DNA of 64,000 nucleotides from Macrostomum hystrix (lineage: Eukaryota; Animalia; Platyhelminthes), in NCBI GenBank assembly GCA_950097015.1, contig CATNEN010000038.1, positions 8,680,001-8,744,000 of the forward strand. The letters are read 5' to 3'. Under the pieces are notes generated by a model, which saw nothing but the letters and a program-made list of their open reading frames with translations, ran no database searches and was not told where the DNA came from. Made by a program: the position numbers and the translations under genes. Below are positions 1-11,300 of this stretch, piece after piece; within the stretch, counting starts at the first letter, position 1; every line of letters starts with the position of its first letter.

Positions 1-341
1 ACGCATTCGAAAATGACAGCGTTGAACTCTGACAGCTGTGTATTAATACCAATAGTGTACGCTTTTCTGGTGCATTATTTATTCCTTATTGCAATGCCTA
101 CCGGCGCTTGCAAAACAATTGTCTGTCTAACACCGTGGCCGCTGATCATTTCCATTGGCTAGAATTGAAATGATTATTGTCATAGACAAAAAACGCCACG
201 CTGAAAAAATCTGGTGCACCCAAGTAGAAATTAATCATTTAGAAGAATCCATAGTCAATTGTAGATGTAGAGAATGGTAGATTTATGCTAGGCTTCCGAG
301 TGCCATAGACTATTTACGCACTAGGAAGCCTAGCATAAGTG

Positions 342-581
342 CATTGATTTATGACCAAGTGTGTGTGCGCAAGACCAGCTCCTTCGGCCCATAGACAATA
401 CCCGTCTGGGATTTACTGCATAGTAGCTCAGAAGAGGGATGGCACGAAGATCAAGTGGGGCAAGATTTACCGCACAGTTGCGGAATTTACTGCACACTTC
501 AATCTATTTCTTTGATGGCCTTTCGGCCATAAACTATACACGAGCTTGAGACGTTTACGCACACTTGGTTATATGTCAATG
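342..581. mobile_element. Small element bounded by imperfect inverted repeats (MITE-like)
   Basis: cattgatttatgaccaagtgtgtgt (342-366) is an imperfect reverse complement of acgcacacttggttatatgtcaatg (557-581). Confidence 0.5.
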
Positions 582-1227
582 GAAAATAGAGAATGGAAAG
601 TAGAGAGAATGAAAGAGTAGCAGAAATGTGACAGTACTGAGCCTCATTCAGCATTCGCAAGTATCAGCATTGAGTTTCACAAGAGGCATCTGATTCGAGT
701 GATGACTATGCTTTTTATCAATGTTGGGATGAAAAAGCTGGCTAAAGATATTATACGCACTGGAGAAAAACCAGGCAAGTGGCCAGCGGCTGTCAGCTTT
801 ACACCTAACTGCCGGGTTAATTCAACAAAACCTTCTCCTCGCTCAAATTCTCCAATAATCCGAGCTCTATCAGCGTTGCTGATCCTGTCGCTTTTTCGGT
901 GTTGTTGACAGTTTGGTTCGTCATTTTGAAAGTCATTAACACCGTAAGCATGTCTTTTTTAACTTATTCTAAGCCATGCCAGTCGCTTATAGCAAAACGT
1001 TTTGACCATAGAGCATTTCATAAGTTTTTACAAGGACAACTTAATAACTCAGGACCGGAAACGAGCCAATTCATGGCGAAAAAAGTATGAGGCTCGTTTA
1101 AAAGCATTGTTCTATGGCCCATCCAAAGCTACGAAAGCGAAGAAATCTGAGCTGAAAATTGAGTTCTTCGCATGCACTTGCAATTGAGAGAGAGAACTTT
1201 TATTCTTGCTAGCTGAAACTAAATATC

Positions 1228-4084
1228 ATGCCGAGAAAATGCAGCGTTATTTTCTGTTGTTCAAACTACAATAGTAACCGTGATCGGAATGTTACAGTAT
1301 TTTCGTTTCCTAAACATGCAACTGAACGAGAGGCTTGGCGACTGTCTCTGCCTAATCAACTGACGGTAAGACTTTCTTCAAATGTGCTTTGCTAATCAGA
1401 TTTAGCCTGGCCACATGAATTCATTAACAATTTTGTTGTTGTTTAGACCGTGACAGACTACATGGGCGTGTGTGCTAAGCACTGGCCTCAAGATGCCCCA
1501 ATGATAAAAAAGGGAAGAAATGAAAGGCCGCTACATCCACCATCAGTTTTCGACGGAGTCCCGCAGTCTTGCCTCGTTCAAACACAAGGTTTGTGAAGTT
1601 CTACTGCTTTAATTCAAATATTCGAGCGTATTTGTACTGCATCAAATAGGGTCGAAACGAACCACTAAGATGCGCGCTTGGATATTGCAGTGCGTGCCAG
1701 TCGACAGGCTGAGGGAAGAGGCGTGCTGTTGTCCGAACGATGCCTTTTCCAAGATGAACTAGTAGAATTTCGAGAGCGTGACACGCTGCCATCGTGGACT
1801 GAATTCCGAGCATCCATTCACTGTTCAGACGTCATCAAAGCACATCAGCTTATTGTTACCATTGTTCAAGAGGAGGTGTTTATCTTCTCGTTAAGCGCCA
1901 ATGCCGAAATGGTTCTGCGAGTTTTCGTTTCACCAAACTATTCCGTACGATGCTTTCGGTTACATTCACCAGTTGCGGTTCGAGATCTGCTTGGATTTCA
2001 ACCAACATTAAAGTATTGGTCGCAACTTGAAGCTATCATAAATCGTTGTAAAAACTCTACAGTGGACGTCGAAAGTGAGGTGAGGGCATTATCTAAGAAC
2101 GTTTCTATTGCCTTTAACCACGGTGGAGTTGTACCGGACACATCGGTTACATTTATCCTGAAGCTACTCGAGTTCGCCACAACGCACCCAAACAATCGAC
2201 GATACGACATTGCCACTATGCGCCAATCTGCTTTGCTTTACCTGATTAGCAGTTCTGCATACGCACATGCACAGACGCTCCTTCCTTTGCCCCACCAACG
2301 CACATTACGCACTCAGTTGGCTGGTCTAGGAGAGATTGGCACTGAAAATGATGCAAACGAGATCGTAAAGGTCACATTTGCTAAACTGAAACCACAGCAG
2401 AAGTATTGTGTGTTGATTTTCGATGAAATGTATGTCCAGCCATCAATTCGCTATCGGTGCCAACATCTGCTCGGCCAAGCGTCAGACAATCATAACAAAA
2501 CTGCTCGAACAGTGCTCGCAATAATGTTGAAGCCATTGTTCGGCGGTAAGCCATTTGTTCTAAGGCTGCTACCGATTTTTCTTCTTTCTGCCGACTATTT
2601 GTACCACCAGCTTCGAAAATGCATTCAACTCGTCAATCAACATGGAGGCCTCGTTGTGGCGCTTGTGTGTGACAACCATCCCACAAACAGAAAGTGCTTC
2701 TCGATGTTTTCTGCTCAACAGACGAAACCTTGGATCGGCAAATCTGAATCACAGGATTCTACTTTCTTTTTGCTCCATGATGTTGTGCACCTTGTAAAGT
2801 CAATTCGGAACAATTGGCAGTCTGAGTCTGATGGAATGCTAACCATTCGTTTGCCTGAGTCTACAACGGTCGTCACGGCTAAGTGGTTAGACATTGTAGA
2901 GCTGTATAAATCTGAAGCGTATCACATTGTTAAGCGTACAGGCATTACATACGAAGCGTGTTTCCCAACAAATGTCCAAAAGACTAAAGTCAATTTAGCT
3001 CTTCAAGTTTTCTGCGACAACGTTGCTGCCGCCCTAAAATGCGACGGGAAGAATGGAACAGCTGCATTCATTGAGGTTATTTCAAAATTCTGGAAAATTG
3101 TGAACTGCAAGAACCCGCATCTTCATGTTAGACTTAATGACCCAGACAGACGGGCTGTCTATTCAGTTCAAGATCCAAACATCAAGTTCCTGCGCGCGCT
3201 TTGCGAATCGATTGAGGAGATGCGCAGTGGAAAGGGAAGAACAAGACACCAATCTCTGACGTCAGAGACAAAGAGGTCATTAGCTTACACTATACATGCA
3301 ATCATAGAACTATGCGAACGACTGCTCTGCGAATCTGGTGCAACGTACATTCTCATAGCGGAATTGCAAAGTGATCCTCTGGAAGCAGAATTTGGTGTTT
3401 ATCGCCAAATGAGCGGAGGCAATTACTTTATTTCAGTAGAGCAAGTTCTTCTCAGCGCGCGACTCCGACGAATGAAGCTCTACACAGTGTTAGAGCTGGA
3501 TGGATTCGTGCACAACAAAGGACTTTGCTGCGACACGCCCCTTTCAGACGAAGAACTTTTGACGCTCGATGACTGCTATGTCAAAGCAGAGAGCCTATCA
3601 ATGGCCGAAAAGGCATCTGTTTATTATATTGCAGGTCAGGCATGCATTTGTGTTACTTAAACTTGGATGGAAATAACGATTGCTGAGGTGAAAACTGAGG
3701 CATAATAATAACATTTCAGGCTACATAACGTTTAAGGAGAAAATTGCCGGTGAAGATCCTGCCGATAATTTAAACACCTCACTCTGTGAATTCACTGAAA
3801 TGATTTCCCGGGGAAAGTTGAAGCACCCGCCAAAGTGGCTCTTCAATTTTGCTTGCCTCTGTTTCGGATGCTTCATTTCGCTGCGATCACCGTCATGTGC
3901 TTTGCGAGTGCGGAAATTGTTTGCTGCCGTTGGCGAGTTTTACTTCCCTAAAGCAGATGTTCTGGGATGCTGCGTGCGCCTCACCAACTGTTTCTTCAAG
4001 GGTTATGTTCAACGAGGAACAAAGAGCGCTCCTTCGCCTGATAAAGCGCACGATAGAAAAATACTGAAGCTGAGTGGACAGTGA
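1228..4084 (+). mobile_element. P-element-superfamily (THAP9-like) transposase, 4 exons, ~862 aa, apparently intact
   Basis: Exons 1228-1365, 1447-1588, ~1691-3634 and 3720-4084 join in frame via GT-AG; 1670 is an alternative in-frame acceptor for exon 3. N-terminal THAP finger MPRKCSVIFC...FSFPK...W...CAKHW. Catalytic motifs LIFDEM, VCDNHPTN, HDVVHLVKSIRNN and QSDPLEAEFGVYRQMSGGNY; C-terminal YYIAGYI...SRGKLKHP. TIRs/TSD not identified. Confidence 0.9.
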
Positions 4085-4406
4085 GCGAACCTGGAGCAAA
4101 CACTTTACTATTAATCATAGTCAGCTCTTGTCCCGTTATGTGACTGTTATTTTCCTCTCTGTTTGCAGTTCAGATGAAGAAAGAATCGTAAATTTTTCTC
4201 GAGTTTCCTTATACATGTGCTGCATGTACAGCTTTCCCATTGATTGAAATTACCGTGTTTCATTTGAAAGACAATTCGTTCTTATTGATTTTCTGCGAAC
4301 TTTCTAGCTGGCGAGATTTTGCCATAGACAAAAAAAGCCGAGTTTTGAATTGAACGGGCTCTGCTGCTTTTGAAAGGGTGCCTGTTTGTATTGATTTTCA
4401 GTAAGC

Positions 4407-5765
4407 GCTGTCCGAGCCTGGCCGCGCCTGAACGGGCCCTGCAGGGTGAGCAGCAGGACGTCCTGGGTGGGCTGGCGGCAGTAGCTCTCGGCCCGAATAA
4501 CCTGGCCCGCTAGTCGAGGTCGCCGCTGGCGAAGGGTGGTGGACGGGCGTTGCAGCTGGGCTCTCTCGTACAGAGCCTCGGTCCCGACGCTCTCGTCAGA
4601 TTGAAAGGCCGCACGTAGCAGCCACGAGTGCGCCGAGTCCAGCTGCCGCTTCGTCGTAGCCGTCAGCGTCCACGACTCGGCGTTGTACAGCAGGACGGTC
4701 TGGACTACCGCCTGCCACAGCCGAGCCCTCTGGCGGTCAGGCAACGCTGTGGACTGGAGGACGGCCTGGATCGAACGGTAGGCCGCCCAGAGAACGGCAG
4801 GTCCTCTGCACCGCCGGATGTCCTCTTCCACGTTGGGCACCAGACCGCCGAGATAGTGAACCGCTGGCATGTCAGGTCCGCTGGAATGTCGGCCGGCAAG
4901 GTCAGCACCTCGGTCTTATGCGTGTTGATCACTAGGCCGACGCTTGATGCCACCTCAGCCAACCTGTCAATCTGGCGCTGGGCACATTCGACAGTCGAGG
5001 ACAGGAGGGCGAGGTTGTCGGCGTAGCCAAGCACGCTGAGGCGCTTCTCATCGTGGTGGCGACCGATGCGTCTGCGCAGCAGGAAGCCGTCTTCAGCCGA
5101 GGGGAGCGCAGTCCGAAGCACCCAGTCCAGGAGAAGCACGAAGAGGAACGGGGCCAGCGTGTCGCCCTGCAGCACTCCTGACGAGGTGGCAAACAGGTCG
5201 GACAGGCCGTCCGCCGTAACAACAGCAGCGCGCGTGTCGCGATATAGCGACATGACAGCTGCGACTAGCTGCTCCGGGACCCGGTAGGCACGAAGGACGA
5301 GGGGGAGCGCGGCTCTCGACACCGAGTCAAACGCCTTGCGGAAATCGACAAACACGACGATCAGCGTTGACTGGCGGATGCGCGCCTCCTCGATGACACG
5401 GCGGAGTAGATCTGGGTCACTGTACCGCGCTGCGGCCGAAACCCGTTCGGCTCGTAACGGAGGTACGAGTCCTTCTCTCCGTGATCTTCTTTCCGCGTTG
5501 TGCGCCTCGATTGGAACCTCGTCGGGACAGAGCGCCTTGCCGCCAGATGTTCTCCGAGCGAACCGCACAGCATCCTCCACGGTGACTGGGCTGGTGCGAA
5601 AATCCTCCTCAGCTGGCAGGGCAGTGCGAAACTGGCTGGCAGCGGGGGCGAGGGCACGTTCACAATGCCGGCGAAGAAGTCGCGCAATTCATTCCTGCGC
5701 TCCTCCGGAGTGTCGCCGGTCAGATTTAGCGCCACACGCCTCTTGCGCCCCGTCAGGGTCCGAAC
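4407..5765 (-). pseudogene. Degenerate non-LTR retrotransposon (RTE-like LINE) reverse transcriptase fragment
   Basis: RT motifs VFVDFRKAFDSVSR, GVLQGDTLAPFLF and LGYADN (catalytic YADD mutated), split across three frames. C-terminal LLYNAESWTL...LRQRRPRLAGQVIR as in RTE-type LINEs. Truncated at both ends. Confidence 0.85.
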
Positions 5766-6057
5766 GGATATAAATGGTAATATGGTAATATAGAATATGT
5801 GGCTCATAGTGTCGGAATTAAATTTCCGCTAGCTTTTCAGAACTGGAATTTGATCAAAGTTGAGGGTGAAAAGGTGTAATTGCCATAGAGAAAATCGCAA
5901 TGACTCAGTTGCTTAGTAAAAGACCTAATTTGTTTCTTAACGTACAAAACTATCTGCTAATCAAACTGAGCATTGATTAAACTGATTTGTGTCTATTGTG
6001 TATATTGCCTGATCACATACCAATTAAGAGCACATTTTGAAATCAAATCCATAAATA

Positions 6058-7516
6058 ATGAGCAATTCCGATGGGAGACATCCGACTCAAACTTTCACTG
6101 CTGCGGCGGATAAGGCTACGGTGAGCTTGTTGCTTTTATTAAGCACAAACAGCACTAAGTATCACTTAGTATTGCTTACAATCCTGTTGCTGCTAAATCA
6201 CGCTTCGAACTCCTACAATTCACTGAAAAGGCCAGAAACGGTCGGAAAGGGACCGTAGCGGCGGGCAACGTGAAGGTAGCACAAGACGCTGATGACCTTG
6301 ACGCACTTGACTGCAGTCCTCTGAATGGCGCCCATCCGCTAAGTCAGGAGATCGCGTCGGTGTGCCAGGGGCACTGGGACAGCTGGGGCGCCTCCACTGC
6401 CGACATGGAGCTGCTGGAGTCCGACGGGCCGCTGCGGGTTTATCGAAGACGAGTGGACAACGAAGGTGAGCTGTGAATTTCCTCTCGCACTGATAAATAT
6501 TCCGGTCTAGAATTGCATGGCAAGCAAGGAGTCAGCTTTGCCGTCATTCGAACAGACAAACGCACCATTGATTGATGAAAATCTCGCGAGTGATACCGAT
6601 AACTCTCAGTGGCGTCAGCGTCAGCGATCGTCAGCGATCTTTTGAAGACAAATAGGAGGCGATGTTTATTTGATGCACAGTATCTTAACTGAGAAACCGG
6701 ATTGAGAAATGGATCTGGATCCAGGTGGTTAAGCCAGTGCCGAATAGTTAGCTTAAGCGATTTTCGTGTCTATGAGTCCAACACTGAGCCGCGAAGCATG
6801 GCCGCATCATTCAGATCGTCATCGTTGTGATCTCCGCGTCATTTTCCTGCCAACTTTTTCAGTTATAGTACGCTGGGCCTAAGCATAATTAACTCTAAAT
6901 GAGGTTTAGATGTTGCGATGGAAAGTACGCTCCTAATTTCGTAAATAATTGGTCTACAATATCAGGAACTCATACAGGGGCTGCACTAGACCCCATCCTG
7001 GCGATGCACACTGTCACCGGAGTGTCAGCTCGCGAGGTAGCCGAGATCTTCTGGAACCTGCAGTATCGCCTCGACTGGGAGCATACGCTGGACTCGGCCC
7101 CCACTGTGCTAGACACCCTGGCCTCGGACACCCTGCTGCTGCACCAGATCTACAAGCGGTTGTGGCCGACAGCTCAGCGCGACTCAGTGTTCTGGTCTCA
7201 CATCCGTCACGCGGAGCAGCGCACAATGGTCGTGAACTGCAGCACGGAGATCGGCGCGCCGCGTTTGGTCTCCGGTCGGCAGCGAATGCAGCTGAATGTC
7301 AGCCTGATCTGCGAGACGGAGATGCCGGAGGGCCGGCTGCCGACAGAGCGCAGCCAGTTGCGCTGCCGCCTGCAGTACTCGGCCACGGTGCACCCTGGCG
7401 GCTGGGTGCCCATGGCGGTGCTCCGTCAGGTCGCCAAGCGCGAGTATCCGAAGTTCTTGCGCAGGTTCACGGCCTACTGCATCGATCGAGTCAAGCACAT
7501 GCCTGTACAGCTGTGA
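6058..7516 (+). CDS. START-domain lipid transfer protein, CERT/STARD11-like START domain only, ~278 aa
   Basis: Exons 6058-6120, 6231-6465 and 6978-7516 in frame. LDPILAMHTVTGVSAREV..FW..RLDWE, YKRLWPTAQRD and VHPGGWVPMAVLRQVAKREYPKFLRRFT match the CERT START domain. No PH domain or FFAT motif seen. Exon 1 is the least certain. Confidence 0.85.
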
Positions 7517-8358
7517 TAGCTGTGTGTTGCCATGGCAATGCCTGGCTTGTTCTGCTGGTCATGAATTCTAAGAACTGCTCTCAATTTTGCTCTTTCAATT
7601 TCCGGATCAATTGCTTGATAGTAGTTTTGCTGTTTTATGTGCAGTTGAGACAACTCAACCACAGCCAAGCAAAGTGTGTGTGTTCGGCGTGCGTGATATC
7701 AGTTATTTTATTTTAACTATTAATTTTAGCAAAATTAATTTTTCGTCAATATTTTTTTGTTTTTAAATGCACTGACTGTCTGATTGTGTCTGATAAAATA
7801 CAACTTCTATTTTCAGCCTCTTGGTCATTTACTGCCGTGGTCGTTTGCTCTTTTAGAAGACACAGAATAATTTAACCGAAAACAATTCTTATTAGTAATG
7901 AATCAAAGTGTTAATTATTTTCTTTCTTTGCCTAATTGCCTAATTAGTAAAATTTATTAGATTATTATTTCACCGTCAGAGAAGCATTTTAACACAACTA
8001 TTTAATAAGCTAGCAGACGTTTTATTGGAATCAAAATGGAAGAATGAGTAATGAGGCCTAGCTGTTGATACTATGGAAAAAATCAACTAATATATAGTGG
8101 ACTCTTGTGACTATTGGGTAATGAGAGATTTTGATTAAATAAAATGATGATCAATGAGTAAGTGCTATTGGGATTTTTTTAAACTAGGCCCTTTATATGG
8201 TAATTCTAGTGGCTAAGATTAAGCTTAGTATTGGTTAATATGGATGTTTCTGTCAGGTCAGGGCGGCATGAGCTGTATCATGATAATCGCTCATGCCGCT
8301 ATTGTTGTTAGCCTTATCAAACGCCGAAGACATTCATTGCCGGCATCAGCTGGTCCGA

Positions 8359-11300
8359 TCAGGGCTCGATGATGGCCTCGGGAGCGCCGTTCTCGACGCT
8401 GGGGTCGGCGATGACCTCCACCGGCTGCTCGGAGTAGGCGCCCTTCAGCTCGTTGGAGTTGAATGACACGACGAACTTGCGTGGACCAGCCCTGGCCGGG
8501 TTCAGCGTCAGCGAATAGCTGGCCGTCTGGCCCGGAGCCAAATCGCTGCGGGGGTTCGGGGATTTACCTAGTATTTGTTGCCCGCTGCAGAATGCTCATT
8601 GTGCATCATTTGTGCTAAACATGCTCTGCAAATGCTGTAAAATCAAGGACCACTAGTAGCCACTTCTAATCTAGAATCCCTGTGTAAATTATCTCTACAT
8701 CGTGGCTGGTGAGGCCTCGCCGCGTATTCGAGCTCATGGATTTCTGGTGTTGAATGGGTTACAGTTCCCTACTTATGCCTGCCCCCACCAAGCTGTGTTC
8801 CTGTTGAGAGAGCATCACAGCTGAGACTGACAGTGCCAGTCACCCAGGCTCACCTCACGGGGAAGTCGGTCAGCTGGCCGCGGAGTCCGGGACCATCAAC
8901 GGAGAAGGCGCAGCCAGTCAGGGTAATTGGCAACGGATTCACGAAGGCGCAGCGCAGGTCGAACTCCTTGTTCTTCTCCACCGGGCCGCTGACCTGGTTT
9001 GGTGTGTATTTTAGTACGTGAATCGCTTTGTCTAATAATAATAATAGTTAATATTAATAATAATAATAATAGTACTTTTCACCGCTTTCATTAGGCCAGA
9101 TGTACAGCCGACAGCACAGCCGCAGTTATCGCGTGGCGTATCTGAAGACTGCGTACGGCTGAGCAGTCCATGGACTGGGGGGACGCCACACCCACCCTCA
9201 ATTACCTTAACTAATGCATGGTACCGATTTAACAGCTGGGTGAACTGATGCAATGCAGAGTTAAGGATATTGCTAAAGGACACAAATTATTCCAGTGGAG
9301 TCCAGTGGGTCGAACCCACGACCTTTAAGTCGTGAGTCAGATGCTCTGACTACTAGACCATGACCCACAAAGATATTTCGTATCTTCAGTAGCGATTGCT
9401 AGCTAAATCTCTCACCTCGCTTAAGCATCCAGCAACATACAGCTAGGCCCAAAGATTAAGCCGAATATCCAAAGCACAGATTGCGTGAGCGACACAACTT
9501 TCACCTTAACATGCGAGGTCTGCGAACTGATTATTGATAACTCGACAAATAAAAAATTGAAAAAACTCCCAGGTGACACCCTCAGGACACCCCGGGACCC
9601 CGTAACGACATCTGTTGATTCACTGGTAAATCCTTTTAGGCAACTCACCTCGATCTGCACACCCGGCCGCGTCACGTGAATAATCGATTGGGCCACCTGC
9701 TTGTGCCCGTCTGGATCCATCATCACCACGACGATCTCGAAGCCGAACTCCTCGGTGCCGCAGGTCTGGGTGTATTCATCGGCGGGCAGTGAGAGCTTCA
9801 CAGTCTTGGCTGCAGGGCGGGGAGCAGAAATTATTTTATTATTTAGCCAGAAATGATAGACTTGTCAGAAAGAAACTAGTTCTACGAATCTCGTGAATCA
9901 GATGTTTTCTCACCAGATCCAGCTCGCATTTCAAGCGCATCCTTCTGTTGCCTGACGGTGCTCATGATGTGGCCATTGTACTTCTTGATTGCCACAGTCG
10001 CTGTGTAATCGAAGCGCATGTTTTCGCGCGTGCAGTTGCTCATTTCCAGGCCGATATCCAGGGCAGCGCCAAACACGCATGTGCTGGGAGCCTTGACACT
10101 CAGCCGGATGTCGTGATCCTTTGCGGCGTCGTTTGTGCGATCGCAGGCGGAGACATTCAGCTGGCTCTCGGCGCACTTGAAGGCTGCTTCCTCCTCAGGC
10201 GAGCCCTCGGTGTACTTGTACTGGTGCGTCACGTCCTGCCTCTCGTCTGAGCCAACAGCCTTGGTGCTGATGAACTGGCCGACTTTTCGCGGGTCCGAGA
10301 AGATCTCTTTGCGGCTGCCGTCGGCGCCAATGGCCCAGTGCTTGATGCAAGCGTTCACCTCGGCGAAGACAAACTTGCCGTCGAACAGTAGATTCACCAG
10401 ACCGCGCTTGATAGCGTTCAGCGAGCAGGGCCCGGTCTGATAGACGTCCTCACTTGTCTCCTGTGGCGTGGCGTCGATGGCCTGCCAGCCGTCGAACTCG
10501 CCGCTGTTGTCCAGGTCGGGCCGGCGCATCCACAGATCGTTCCACACGTGGAAGTTCCTGGATTTGTAAGCAAATGCAGACGAAAATGTATATGATGAAG
10601 TAAATCACAAGTCAAACGGGAGGGGCAAGCATACGACAGGTCGAATTAAACTGACCAGATAGAATCCGAGTTTCTATCCGTGATTGGCATGTAGGAGCCG
10701 TCGAAGTAGTTGTCAATTGTTAGGTTGGCGTCGGTGTCGTGCGCGGAGTCAAAGTTGGTCACGCTGCGGCAGGGAATGCCCAGAGAGCGAGCCACTGAAA
10801 TTTTAGGCGATATAGCTATGCATCTTGTTGCTTGCATTTGCTAGGGTTACAAGTTTGATTGAACAGACTCACGCGAAGTCATGCAGCCGGAGAAGACCCA
10901 GCACTGGCCGAACTGCACCGGAGTCTGGGTCCGGAAGTACTCCTCAATGATGCGCAGGCTGCCCTTCCACTCTGTGGGTGCAACGCCGCCTTTGTAATTG
11001 CCAGACCAATTGCCAACGAGCAGCCCGTCGTCATCAGCATTGTTGACCATGGCGGAAAGGGTGCGCGCCACCAGCACCGGGTTGCCCCAGTTCTCCCACT
11101 TCAGGCTGGACTTGGCCAGGAGGAGAAGGGCACACGGCAGCACCGGGTTCTCGAACTACGAGGAACGAGAGGGAATGAATTCCTCACTTGCGTTGGCACG
11201 GTGTCTCAGAGATCCAGAGACATTATGGCACTCCTGGCCTTAATGACCCTGGTCTTAATGACCCTGGTCTTAATGACCCTGGTCTTAATGACCCTGTTCT

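Noticed and set aside
4304-4870. LINE ORF apparently fused to a novel C-terminus
   Set aside because: Simple read-through from the truncated LINE into flanking DNA.
4628-5793. Plus-strand ORFs over the LINE, and similar antisense ORFs over GC-rich exons elsewhere
   Set aside because: Shadow ORFs caused by high GC content and codon bias on the coding strand.
8300-8361. Selenocysteine or readthrough at the transglutaminase TGA
   Set aside because: The protein is already complete, the hairpin lacks SECIS features, and another stop follows within ~15 codons.
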